A stretch of 61,274 bases of DNA, filler included. It is 6 parts of 6 records of this genome, joined end to end, with 100 filler letters (N's around TTAATTAATTAA, not from the genome) between each part and the next. Parts side by side here need not be neighbours in the genome. Positions count along the whole stretch, not along the records: positions 24,477 to 46,794 come from DRR723986_15593; positions 46,895 to 53,502 come from DRR723986_15613; 4 more parts are not named here. One strand, 5' to 3'. Both the position numbers and the translations under genes were made by a program. The notes beneath the pieces were generated by a model. It was not told where the DNA came from. It did no database searches and saw only the letters and a list, made by a program, of their open reading frames with translations. Of this stretch, positions 40,816-50,085 are shown piece by piece (positions within the stretch are counted from its first letter, which is position 1; every line of letters begins with the position of its first letter).

Positions 40816-41238
40816 GATTTCTTGGGCTGATACCCATCAGGTGTGGCGAAAAGTAAACAATTGTGAAACCAAACGATAACCAGAATTCTTGTTTTGTCTA
40901 GTTCGCAAAATAGACATTTGAGTGGCTTTTTGCGCTGCAGCAATTGTATGCCGAAATTGTTAAAAAAAGGAATTTGTACAAATTAGCATTGTCGGAATAA
41001 TCGATTGTTCAAAGTCAAGAAATTGGCCGCAAATCGACATTACATTTTCTGGATCTAAATTGCCATATTCATTAATATTCGCTGGTCCAAAAACACAGAC
41101 AATCACAGCAATAGTTTTTGGCGATCAACCAGGTACGCTCGGGTGAGCGTTGTTTGTTGGCAAGGAAACCTTGCATTGCAGTGCGCATTCATTGGTCCGG
41201 AGACCAGTGTCTGACAAGCTGAACAGGTGTGTTGGATC

Positions 41239-41475
41239 ATGAAAATCTATGTGTGTTTGTTGGTGTTACTCAGTGTAGTTGTTGCATTGTTGCTTCGACT
41301 TCTGGATCTCAGTTGGCCATTGTCCCTCATCGGAGGCTTGTTGGCCTTCAGCGGGTCCACAATTTTGCTCTTGGGATGCAGTGTTCAGCGTTTGCTCTCC
41401 GATCAAGGTGAAAACGCCGCGGGCAAAAACTTCTTTAGCCTGATTCTGAAAGGCAAGTCTTCAAAATCTGAATGA
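41239..41475 (+). CDS. Small hypothetical two-TM protein
   Basis: 78-aa hydrophobic ORF with a basic tail; no homology evidence. Confidence 0.4.
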   Translation: MKIYVCLLVLLSVVVALLLRLLDLSWPLSLIGGLLAFSGSTILLLGCSVQRLLSDQGENAAGKNFFSLILKGKSSKSE

Positions 41476-41613
41476 TTTTTTGCGGGTAAGGCCATATTGA
41501 CCGAGTGTTAAATATGTGCAATTTTCTCGAGGTGTACTTTGATGGTGCTGCATTTTCTCAATTGCAGTTACGTCGAGTGCTCGCTTGCTTTATCCATAGA
41601 ATCAGGAGACAAA

Positions 41614-42882
41614 ATGAAGAAGCTTAATCAATTTTTGTCCTGCGCAGTCTTTGCCTCAGCCAGTTTGGCGGTGGGTGGAGTCGCAATCGCAGCAGCGCCC
41701 AATCTTACAGCCACAACAGTTTTGACCAAATTGGAAAACCCTTGGGACATGGCATTTTTGCCCGATGGTGCAATGTTCTTCACCGAGAAATGTCACGGAC
41801 TTTCAGTTCGCTTGCCCTCCGGGACCGTGAATAAATTGGTGGGAATGAAAGATGCCCAGGGATACGCAGACTCGATGCCCGACTTGTTTTGTGATGGTCA
41901 GGCTGGCATGAATGGTGTAGCAGTGGACCCTGATTTTTCGAACAACCGATACGTCTATGTGTATTCCACGTCCAGCAAATCCAGTCCCCAAACCAATCGG
42001 GTTATTCGGTTGAAGGTTAATGCTGATTTGAGCAAAACCTCGGATCGAACCGATATCGTGGATGATATTCCCTACAAAACAGCTGCGAGCGATCATCCCT
42101 TCGGTTCATCTGGTGCACACAACGGTGGAAGAATCCGTTTCAATTCAGGTGACGGTTTTCTGTATGTGACCACTGGAGATACACACAATGGCGCCGTACC
42201 GCAAAGCCCCACGAAGCTGGGCGGCAAAGTGTTACGAATTGATCGTGATGGTAAAGCAGCCGCTGGCAACAAGCCGCCCAAGGGTTTTGATGCCCGAGTG
42301 TTTACCTATGGCCACCGCAATCCCCAAGGTATTGCATTTCGTCCCGGTACGAACCAGCCTGTGACTGCGGAGAATGGACCTTGGCATTCAGATGAAGTGA
42401 CTGTGCTCACCAATGGTGGCAATGCTGGCTGGGATCCCCGGCCGAATGTAGGTGGGCGCGGTGATTGCCCCGACGCCTACTGCGGTTACAGCCCCAACCA
42501 AATGGGTGCCATGGAGCCAATCAAGCGTGCAGCATTCATGCCAATGACAGACACCAAAACCTACCCCAAGGCGATGAAACCGGCCTGGAACAATGAAAAT
42601 CTGTCCCAAGGCATGTCCTCGGGTGTTTTCCTGAACGGTAAACAGTGGAAAGACTGGGATGGAAAAATGGCAGTGGGCTACATGGGAATTGGTATTCACG
42701 GCACTCCAGTTGGTAACCGCATTGATTTACTCGACATCAGCAAAGACGGCTTGACAGCCAGGCGCACCATCATGCCTTTGCCGATGCCTGCGGGTCGATT
42801 CCGTTCGGTAGTACAGGGTCACGATGGAAATTTGTATGTAGCCACTGACGAGGGTGAAATCTATCAGATCAAACCCAACTGA
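41614..42882 (+). CDS. PQQ-dependent sugar dehydrogenase (GSDH/YliI family)
   Basis: AGGAG RBS, signal peptide, LENPWDMAFLPDG, HNGGRIRF, TYGHRNPQG. Confidence 0.88.
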   Translation: MKKLNQFLSCAVFASASLAVGGVAIAAAPNLTATTVLTKLENPWDMAFLPDGAMFFTEKCHGLSVRLPSGTVNKLVGMKDAQGYADSMPDLFCDGQAGMNGVAVDPDFSNNRYVYVYSTSSKSSPQTNRVIRLKVNADLSKTSDRTDIVDDIPYKTAASDHPFGSSGAHNGGRIRFNSGDGFLYVTTGDTHNGAVPQSPTKLGGKVLRIDRDGKAAAGNKPPKGFDARVFTYGHRNPQGIAFRPGTNQPVTAENGPWHSDEVTVLTNGGNAGWDPRPNVGGRGDCPDAYCGYSPNQMGAMEPIKRAAFMPMTDTKTYPKAMKPAWNNENLSQGMSSGVFLNGKQWKDWDGKMAVGYMGIGIHGTPVGNRIDLLDISKDGLTARRTIMPLPMPAGRFRSVVQGHDGNLYVATDEGEIYQIKPN

Positions 42883-42952
42883 GTTTTTCGAATTGAGAAG
42901 TGAAAGCCGTTCCACCCCGCTGGGGTGGCGCGGCCCAATAGAGGAAGTATTC

Positions 42953-43264
42953 ATGACGAAGTATGTAGCATGGGCGCTCGCAGGTTTAATGTTGACAACG
43001 TTTGGCAATGCGATGGCAAGCCCTGAAATGGTTAGAAAGTACAACTGCACGGCCTGTCATGCTGAGGATAAAAAAAAGTATGGACCCACTTATCAACAAG
43101 TGGCTTTGAAATATGCAAATGAGGAAGGGGCTGCTGAAAAGTTAGCCAAAAAAATTCAAACAGGCGGTGTTGGCGTGTGGGGAAATACCCCGATGCCAGC
43201 ACAACCACGTGTGACGGATGAGGATGCGCTTGAAATTGCCCGGTATATTTTGTCGGTGAAGTAA
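42953..43264 (+). CDS. Monoheme cytochrome c551/c552
   Basis: Signal peptide, CTACH, GP, GVWG..PMP. Confidence 0.92.
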   Translation: MTKYVAWALAGLMLTTFGNAMASPEMVRKYNCTACHAEDKKKYGPTYQQVALKYANEEGAAEKLAKKIQTGGVGVWGNTPMPAQPRVTDEDALEIARYILSVK

Positions 43265-43279
43265 GTTGAAGTAAATGCA

Positions 43280-43309
43280 AAAAAGGCTACCTTTCCGGGT
43301 AGCCTTTTT
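43280..43309. terminator. Bidirectional terminator (cytochrome c / tmRNA 3' copy)
   Basis: AAAAAGGCTACC-TTTCCG-GGTAGCCTTTTT. Confidence 0.8.
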
Positions 43310-43314
43310 CTCTA

Positions 43315-43332
43315 TTTGGTGGAGCCGGCGGG
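43315..43332 (-). repeat. 18-bp direct repeat of the tmRNA 3' end (att-like)
   Basis: TTTGGTGGAGCCGGCGGG is identical to 43509-43526. Confidence 0.85.
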
Positions 43333-43466
43333 CATTTCCCGGCCCACGCCTTGCAGGGCGAGGGCGTTCGCCCGGCACGGCCCCAAACTGTTGGACCCGT
43401 GAAACCACCTGGCTCACCCCGCGCCTCTTGCGTCCGCAGCTTCAATTTTCACAAATCCTTCAACTC

Positions 43467-43507
43467 AAAATAGAAAAGGCCACCACAAGGGCAGCCTTTT
43501 CTATTTT
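43467..43507 (-). terminator. tmRNA terminator
   Basis: AAAATAGAAAAGGC...GCCTTTTCTATTTT, 14-bp arms. Confidence 0.8.
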
Positions 43508-43510
43508 GTT

Positions 43511-43894
43511 TGGTGGAGCCGGCGGGAATTGAACCCGCGTCCGCAAATCCTCCACTACCAGTTCTACGTGTGTAGTCGTCTTCTTTGAATTTAACGGCTA
43601 CTGACGAAAAGCGACATTCTTCAGCATCCGCGATCCACCTAATTTAACTTACCGGCCGGCAGCATTCCGGTAAGCGGTCCGATGTAGATGATCCCACTGC
43701 GGGTTTGACCCCGCCCAGTCCATCGGCGAACTGGTGTAGGAAGTCCAAACTAAACTGGCTTAAGCGGCCAGTTTGAGTTCGGGGCTAAACGAAGAGTCGT
43801 TTGCGTTTAAAGTTTTTCAGATGGATTTACGAGGTAACTGATCCTCGACACGCCCCAATAGCTTTGCAACCCACGTCGAAACCAGATCGACCCC
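43511..43894 (-). ncRNA. ssrA: tmRNA (transfer-messenger RNA)
   Basis: 5' GGGGTCGATCTGGTTTCGAC; 3' GCGGGTTCAATTCCCGCCGGCTCCACCA; G3.U acceptor pair; tag ORF ANDSSFSPELKLAA* at 43804-43760. Confidence 0.96.
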
Positions 43895-43931
43895 ATTGGA
43901 AACTCCATTGTAACACTCTTGAGGTGGGGGC

Positions 43932-44588
43932 TCACATTCTAATTTCAAGCCACTTGGCCAAATCGTGGGCCGTTTTTACGATGGCATCAGCGCCCCATTG
44001 CTCAATCGGACTGGCGATGTAGCCGTATTCAACCGCCACAGTAGCCATACCGGCCTCCCGGCCCGCGATGACATCCCGTTCATCATCGCCAATCATCACA
44101 CATTGCTCCGTGGGTAAACGCATTTGACCGGCTGCCATGTAGCAGGGCAGGGGAGAGGGTTTGGGTTTTTCTGCGGTGTCTCCCCCAATTAACACACTAC
44201 ATCCCTGGGTCAAGCCGAGTTCTTGCACCAATTTCTCTGCCAAATAATACGGCTTGTTGGTGACGATGCCCCATTGCGCCCCGCGGGCCCTAATTTCATT
44301 CAACAGGGGAATAATTCCGCTGTAAACGGCGCTCTCGCGGGCGATTCGGGCCTCATAACGTTCAAGAAATTCCGCACGCATGGCAGGGAATTCCGGATAG
44401 TGCATTTCAAGTCCGAAACCGATTTTCAGTAAAGCCCGTGCGCCCCCAGAGGCCAGGTGCTCCATTGCAAGATAGGGCGTGATATCAACGCCTCGATCGC
44501 TTTGCATGTCTTGAATGGTTCCGCACAGGTCTGGAGCCGTGTCTACGAGGGTGCCATCCAGATCGAAGAGAATTCCTCGCAAGGGCAT
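43932..44588 (-). CDS. gph: Phosphoglycolate phosphatase-like HAD (Gph/MupP)
   Basis: FDLDGTLVDT, TNK, KP.P, GDD.RD; follows ubiG. Confidence 0.82.
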   Translation of the reverse strand: MPLRGILFDLDGTLVDTAPDLCGTIQDMQSDRGVDITPYLAMEHLASGGARALLKIGFGLEMHYPEFPAMRAEFLERYEARIARESAVYSGIIPLLNEIRARGAQWGIVTNKPYYLAEKLVQELGLTQGCSVLIGGDTAEKPKPSPLPCYMAAGQMRLPTEQCVMIGDDERDVIAGREAGMATVAVEYGYIASPIEQWGADAIVKTAHDLAKWLEIRM

Positions 44589-44599
44589 GCCGTCACTCC

Positions 44600-45319
44600 T
44601 CAGGCGGATTTGCGGCAGGCCACCATGTAGTTTACGTCGGTGTCGCGAGCCAGTCTGTAAACTTTGGTGAGCGGGTTATAAACCAAGCCAATGATCTCGG
44701 CAAATTCCAGTTTGGATTGGCGTGCATATTGAGCCAATTCAGAGGGTTTGATGAATTTCTTGTATTCGTGAGTGCCCTTGGGAAGAAGGTTTAGCACGTA
44801 CTCTGCACCAACAATCGCGAAGACGAAACTTTTGGGATTGCGATTGATGGTTGAGAAAAACAGCCATCCGCCCGGTTTACACAAGTCAGCACAGGCCTGA
44901 ATGGTTTGAGCCGGATCAGGCACGTGTTCCAGCATTTCAAGGCAAGTCACAACATCGAAGGTATCTTGCTCTTCAGCGGCCAATTGCTCAGCCGAAACAA
45001 ATCGATAATTGACATTGTTCACACCGGTTTCAAGCTTGTGCAGTTCAGCCACCTTCAGCGACTTGTCTGCCAGGTCAATGCCCAAAACATCTGCGCCACG
45101 GCGTGCCATACTTTCCGCCAGAATACCTCCACCGCAGCCCACGTCCAGCACGCGTTTGCCTTTCAGGCCTGCGCGTTCATCGATCCAGTTCAACCGAAGG
45201 GGGTTGATTTCATGCAAAGGGCGGAATTCACTGTTTGGGTCCCACCATTTGCTGGCAAGGGCCGAAAATTTAGCCAGTTCTGCATGGTCTACGTTGTTGT
45301 TGGATTCGATACTGCTCAT
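44600..45319 (-). CDS. ubiG: Ubiquinone biosynthesis O-methyltransferase
   Basis: [49 protein letters not shown]. Confidence 0.96.
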   Translation of the reverse strand: MSSIESNNNVDHAELAKFSALASKWWDPNSEFRPLHEINPLRLNWIDERAGLKGKRVLDVGCGGGILAESMARRGADVLGIDLADKSLKVAELHKLETGVNNVNYRFVSAEQLAAEEQDTFDVVTCLEMLEHVPDPAQTIQACADLCKPGGWLFFSTINRNPKSFVFAIVGAEYVLNLLPKGTHEYKKFIKPSELAQYARQSKLEFAEIIGLVYNPLTKVYRLARDTDVNYMVACRKSA

Positions 45320-45375
45320 TGTCAAAGGCTCGTGGAATGTGTTCAACAGGCTTTAGTTTAACTGAAGGAAGAAAC

Positions 45376-45404
45376 AAAAAAGCCCGGCAAGGCCGGGCTT
45401 TTTT
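45376..45404 (-). terminator. ompA terminator
   Basis: AAAAAAGCCCGGC-AAG-GCCGGGCTTTTTT. Confidence 0.85.
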
Positions 45405-45426
45405 GATCAGAACGGAAGGTTGCTAA

Positions 45427-46083
45427 TTACTTAACAACTTTCTGTGTTGCGTTGAATTCGATTTCAACGCGACGGTTCTTGGCGCGACCTTCTTTGGTCT
45501 TGTTGTCAGCCACTGGCTGGCTTTCGCCCATGCCCTTGATCTGGATACGATCAGCAGCTACGCCTTTGCTGACCATGTAGTCCTTCACGGCCTGAGCGCG
45601 ACGCTCGGACAGTTTCTGGTTGTAGGCATCGGAACCGATAGAGTCGGTGTGGCCGATTGCGATTACGCTGTTCAGGTCAACCTGACCCAACTTGGCGATT
45701 TCGGAATCAATGCGGTCCTTGCCGCCTTGCTTCAATGTGGCCTTGTCGAAGTCAAAGTAGGCATCAGCTTCCAGGCTTACTTTTGTAATCACTGGAGTTG
45801 GTGCGGGTGCTGGCTCAGGAGCAGGTGCTGGTGCAGCAACTGGTGCTGGTGCTGGCTTCTTGGGGATCAAGTCAGGATCACATTCCTGAATTGCCAAAGC
45901 GGCTGTGAAGTAGCTGGTGCGGATGCACTCGCCGGAGCCGTCTTTAACAACCTTGCCGCTGCCATCCACTACATAGCCTGACAGGCCTTCACCTTTGTCT
46001 GTTGTGTGGGCCATAGCGGCTGTAGACGCTGTACCAATGGCCATTGCCATCAGAACTTGCGTGAGAGTCGACATTTTTTTCAT
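45427..46083 (-). CDS. ompA: OmpA family protein with Pro-Ala linker
   Basis: Signal peptide, PAPAP linker, FDFDKA, GHTD, YNQKLSERRA, NRRVEI. Confidence 0.9.
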   Translation of the reverse strand: MKKMSTLTQVLMAMAIGTASTAAMAHTTDKGEGLSGYVVDGSGKVVKDGSGECIRTSYFTAALAIQECDPDLIPKKPAPAPVAAPAPAPEPAPAPTPVITKVSLEADAYFDFDKATLKQGGKDRIDSEIAKLGQVDLNSVIAIGHTDSIGSDAYNQKLSERRAQAVKDYMVSKGVAADRIQIKGMGESQPVADNKTKEGRAKNRRVEIEFNATQKVVK

Positions 46084-46158
46084 TGTTGCTCCTTGGGTTA
46101 AATAGGGGTTCAAGCTGGTTGATAGTTTACAGTAGAGGCTGTCATAGTTATCACCCTC

Positions 46159-46794
46159 TCAACCAACTTTCTCGACACGAGTCTGCCACACTCGTTGGGT
46201 TTTTCGCATGATTTCACCGACTAATTGTGCCCTTTTGCCCACAAGTTGTTGCGATTGCACAACTTGAACGCCCGCTACCCAAACATGCTTCACATCCCTG
46301 GAAGCCCCGCTGTAAGCCAGTTTCGAGACCAGATTGTGGTTGGGTAACTGGTGAGCAGCCTCTCCAATTGCGATTGTGATCAGGTCCGCCTGCAGGCCGG
46401 GGGCGATGCGGCCGATCAGGTGGTCTGCGCCCAGGGCCTTGGCCGCGTTGCAGGTCATGCTTTTGAGTAATTCACCCGCACTGAAGGCGGTGGCATCGCC
46501 ACTCGCGCCCTTGCAAAGAAGGGAGGCCAAGCGACCTTCTTCCCACATGTCCAGCTTGTTGTTGCTGGCGGCACCATCGGTACCAATTACCACATTGACG
46601 CCTGCTTTAAGCGCCGCAGCCACGGGGGCAATCCCGCTGGCGAGTTTCAGGTTTGATGCGGGGCAATGAACCAAAGTCGCACCTTTTTCCGCCATCGTTA
46701 GCAATTCATGCTCGTTCAGATGTACGCCGTGCACTGCCATCAGGCGTTCGTTAATCAGGCCGAGTTGTTCAAACCTGGCAAACGGCCGTTTGCC
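46159..46794 (-). CDS. TRZ/ATZ amidohydrolase (MTA/SAH deaminase-like), 5' truncated
   Basis: AVH.VH, HCPASNLKLASG, GTDGAASNN, G.QAD. Confidence 0.85.
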   Translation of the reverse strand, partial: GKRPFARFEQLGLINERLMAVHGVHLNEHELLTMAEKGATLVHCPASNLKLASGIAPVAAALKAGVNVVIGTDGAASNNKLDMWEEGRLASLLCKGASGDATAFSAGELLKSMTCNAAKALGADHLIGRIAPGLQADLITIAIGEAAHQLPNHNLVSKLAYSGASRDVKHVWVAGVQVVQSQQLVGKRAQLVGEIMRKTQRVWQTRVEKVG

Positions 46795-46894
46795 NNNNNN
46801 NNNNNNNNNNNNNNNNNNNNNNNNNNNNNNNNNNNNNNTTAATTAATTAANNNNNNNNNNNNNNNNNNNNNNNNNNNNNNNNNNNNNNNNNNNN
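46795..46894. other. Assembly/concatenation spacer
   Basis: N run with TTAATTAATTAA. Confidence 0.98.
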
Positions 46895-46929
46895 CAGGCG
46901 TGCGCCTTCGACCACTCGGCCACCGCTCC
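46895..46929 (-). tRNA. tRNA-Ser, 5' portion only (probably GGA; cut by the gap)
   Basis: Minus strand GGAGCGGTGGCCGAGTGGTCGAAGGCGCACGCCTG: acceptor, D arm, anticodon stem, CT-G. Confidence 0.8.
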
Positions 46930-47002
46930 GTTGGGGGCGGTTTACCGTTACCCCGCCATAAGTTGCAAGAGGGAAATCGCGCCCTTTTGCCCCTTGATGC
47001 AA

Positions 47003-47722
47003 TTAACTTTCCAGATGCACATAGACCCGGCGGTTCACCCGGCCTTTCTTTTCGATTTTACCAAGCCGCAATGCGCCAATTTCTCCGGTGCGGGCCACGT
47101 GGGTGCCGCCGCAAGGCTGCAGGTCGATCCAGTCGTCTTCCTCGCCTATGCGCACCAGCCGCACGTCATCGGCACCCATGGGCGGCTTGACGGCCATCGT
47201 CTTGATCAGATGTGGTGCATCGGCCAATTCGCGCGAGGTGATCCAGCCATCGCTGACCCGCGCGTCCATGCCAACGTATTCGTTGAGGTCTTCTTCGATG
47301 CCCTCGCGGTCGTCGGGGGCATTGGGCATGTCAAAATCCAGCCGCCCGTGGGTCGCCGAGATCTGCCCGCCCGTCACGCCAAAGGGGATCACGACTGACA
47401 ACAGGTGCAGCGCCGTATGCACCCGCATCAACCGGTGGCGGCGGTCCCAGTCCAGTTCCTGCACCACATGCGCCCCCACGGGGGGCAATGCCGCAGGTTC
47501 GGCCGCCACCAGCACGATGTCATCGCCCTGCCCTTTGACAGCCGTGGCGATGGGCAACCGCTGCCCGTCCCAGGACAGCCAGCCGGAATCTCCCGGTTGC
47601 CCGCCGCCTGTCGGGTAGAACACCGTTGCATCCAGAACCACACCGCCCTCGGGCGTGATGCTTTGCACTTTGGCCGGGGCTTCGCGCAGATAGGCGTCAT
47701 CGCGAAACAGCATCGCGGTCAT
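47003..47722 (-). CDS. Alanyl-tRNA editing protein (AlaX)
   Basis: TVFYPTGGGQPGD, HTALH, CGGTH. Confidence 0.92.
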   Translation of the reverse strand: MTAMLFRDDAYLREAPAKVQSITPEGGVVLDATVFYPTGGGQPGDSGWLSWDGQRLPIATAVKGQGDDIVLVAAEPAALPPVGAHVVQELDWDRRHRLMRVHTALHLLSVVIPFGVTGGQISATHGRLDFDMPNAPDDREGIEEDLNEYVGMDARVSDGWITSRELADAPHLIKTMAVKPPMGADDVRLVRIGEEDDWIDLQPCGGTHVARTGEIGALRLGKIEKKGRVNRRVYVHLES

Positions 47723-50085
47723 AGGGTGTCATCCTTTTTCTCTGTCTTGCTTTGTGTTTGCGATTTGGGCTGGGTCAGCACCTCGGGATTGCGCAGCCAA
47801 AGATCGCGCTGTGCAAATGGAATTTCAAAGCCTTCCTCGGCAAAACGCGCTGCGATGGCATGGTTTATGTCGCTCTTGATCGACATCATCCAGTTCACAT
47901 CGCGCAGATAGCAACGGATCTCAAACTCAAGCGAATCCGCGCCAAAGTTGACCATCAAAACGTTGGGCGGCGGGGCGGCCAGAACCATCGGCTGTGCCTC
48001 GGCGATCTCGCGCAAGACCTTCTCCACGTGCCGCGTGTCGGTGCCATAGGCCACGCCAACCGACACGATCAACCGGCCCACGGTGTTGCCGCGGGTAAAG
48101 TTGGTCACAGTGCCGGACACCAGATCGGCGTTGGGCACGATCACATCGGTGCGGTCAAAGGTCTCAATCCGGGTCGAGCGCACGGAGATATCCCGCACAT
48201 AACCCATCTGACCGCCAACCTCGATCCAGTCGCCCTCGGATATGGGGCGTTCAATCAGCAGGATAATCCCGGAGACAAAGTTGCTGACCACCGTCTGAAG
48301 GCCAAAACCGATGCCCACGGACAGCGCCCCGGCCACGATCGCCAGTGACGACAGGTCCAGCCCCGCCCCGGTAACGGCGGCCAGCGCAGCGAGAAAAATC
48401 CCGACATACCCAAGGCCCGACACGATGGCATTTTGCCCGCCCACGTCAATCCTGGTCTTGGGCAGAACATTGTTGCGCAGGGCCGATTGCACCAACCGGG
48501 TGACCCCATAGCCAATGACAAAGATCACTGCAAAGGCAAGGAAATCGGTTGGTGAAATCCGGCTGTCCCCGATGGCAAAGCCGCGCCCGACCGCAGACCA
48601 CAACTCGGTCAGATCCGTGATCCTTGCACCCCAGACCAGCGCCAGCACAGGTGCCACAAGAACCAACAAAATCAGGCCAAACAGCACCGGCCAAAGCGCA
48701 TCGCGTGCCTGCACCCCCTGCCCGGTCACCGTGCCGTACACATCTGCGGCAAAACGCTGCAAAGACATGACCAGCCCCAGCAGGATCAGCGTCAGGATAT
48801 AGGGCGGCAAGATCGCATCGGCGGCCATGAAATACCCTGCCGCCAACAGGATCGGCGAGATCAACCCAACGATAACCGCCCCGGTGCCCAACCAGCGTAC
48901 AACCCTGCTAAAGCTTGAAATGCGCGGCTCTGCATCCGGCTCGTCTTCATTGAGAACCACCTCGTAGCCGCGAAGGACGGTCCCGATCCGGTAAAGCGCA
49001 ATCGACGAGACCAGCATAGGCGGAAAGGTCAGCACCGCCTTTGTCGCCTCGGCGTAGAACCCGCTTTCGAGGATCAGTGTGGCCACCTCGCCCAGCACGA
49101 TCGTCACGGTGATGACCGCCACGTGAAAGCGCAACTCGGCCCGATTTTCAGGGGGCAGAAGGATCAAGGCCTCGTCATCATTGGGCGAGAACACCCGTTC
49201 AGAAACCCAACGCACCCCCATCATGATGCCCGCCAACACCGCAATGCTGATCAACAGCTCATGACCTGCATCACCAAAGAACTGGGTCGAAATCACCGCC
49301 AGCGCCAAAAGGACCATGCCGGCAAAAGGCAGGATCACCTCAAGCAGGGACACAACAAAACGCCAGATACCCAAGCCCCGCGCACCCAACCGGCGCAGCT
49401 TGTCAACGATCACACGCGACCACTTCTTGCCGCGCAAAATCAGAATACTGCCAAGCACCAACAGCAAAAATGCAATCGGCAAGGTCGACCGCAGCTCATC
49501 CCAGCTGCGTTCCTTGCCCTTGCGCGGGTTTTCGTTCCAAAGCCCGTTCAGCGCCCGCATAAACTCTGTCACTGCCGGTTGCCAATGCGCCGGGTTCAGC
49601 GGCGATGGCGTAACGGTCAGCAATTCGCGGGCCTGCCGGTCACGCAGGATCCGGTCAATCTCGCCCACGAGGTTGTCAGCCCGGACAAAGGCCGTCTCGG
49701 CCCGCTGCACAGGCAACAACAGCGCGGCAAGCTGACTGTTCAGCTCTTCGCGCTTGGCCGCAACATCGGCGGATTCCGCCGGCACACCCTCGCCCTCCGG
49801 CTTGGGTCCAAGCGCGGCGAGCTGTTCGCGCAGGGTGGCGATGCGGTTGGCGTTCTGATCACGGGCCGTGTCAAACTGGCCGCGAAAATCGGCAATCCGC
49901 ACCCGCAACGCCTCAAAGGTGTCGTTGGACCCGCGTTCGGCATCAATGGTTTCCTCGGCGCCTTTCGCCAAGGTCTCCCATCGTTCAAAGGTCTCTTGCG
50001 AAATGTCCTGCGCAAAGGCCGGGGCGATCAGCAGCCACAGGCCAACCAACCCGAAAAAGGCAAGGCGCAGCGCGGCGGCCATCAC
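47719..50085 (-). CDS. Large MscS-family mechanosensitive channel (DUF3772 type)
   Basis: Signal peptide, coiled coil, many TMs, GALSVGIGFGLQ..NFVSG, VGVAYG. Confidence 0.9.
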   Translation of the reverse strand: MMAAALRLAFFGLVGLWLLIAPAFAQDISQETFERWETLAKGAEETIDAERGSNDTFEALRVRIADFRGQFDTARDQNANRIATLREQLAALGPKPEGEGVPAESADVAAKREELNSQLAALLLPVQRAETAFVRADNLVGEIDRILRDRQARELLTVTPSPLNPAHWQPAVTEFMRALNGLWNENPRKGKERSWDELRSTLPIAFLLLVLGSILILRGKKWSRVIVDKLRRLGARGLGIWRFVVSLLEVILPFAGMVLLALAVISTQFFGDAGHELLISIAVLAGIMMGVRWVSERVFSPNDDEALILLPPENRAELRFHVAVITVTIVLGEVATLILESGFYAEATKAVLTFPPMLVSSIALYRIGTVLRGYEVVLNEDEPDAEPRISSFSRVVRWLGTGAVIVGLISPILLAAGYFMAADAILPPYILTLILLGLVMSLQRFAADVYGTVTGQGVQARDALWPVLFGLILLVLVAPVLALVWGARITDLTELWSAVGRGFAIGDSRISPTDFLAFAVIFVIGYGVTRLVQSALRNNVLPKTRIDVGGQNAIVSGLGYVGIFLAALAAVTGAGLDLSSLAIVAGALSVGIGFGLQTVVSNFVSGIILLIERPISEGDWIEVGGQMGYVRDISVRSTRIETFDRTDVIVPNADLVSGTVTNFTRGNTVGRLIVSVGVAYGTDTRHVEKVLREIAEAQPMVLAAPPPNVLMVNFGADSLEFEIRCYLRDVNWMMSIKSDINHAIAARFAEEGFEIPFAQRDLWLRNPEVLTQPKSQTQSKTEKKDDTL

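Noticed and set aside
41075..41210. Resemblance to a guanidine-I (ykkC) riboswitch (CTGGTCC)
   Set aside because: Lacks the CTAGGGTTCCG and GGGA.AAAAGCCCGGG elements
43142..43532. Short ORFs across the tmRNA downstream region
   Set aside because: They overlap terminators and the tmRNA 3' copy; no coding signal or integrase similarity
45795..45860. Short GGTGCT-type tandem repeats
   Set aside because: They encode the Pro-Ala linker of OmpA; not a CRISPR array or VNTR element
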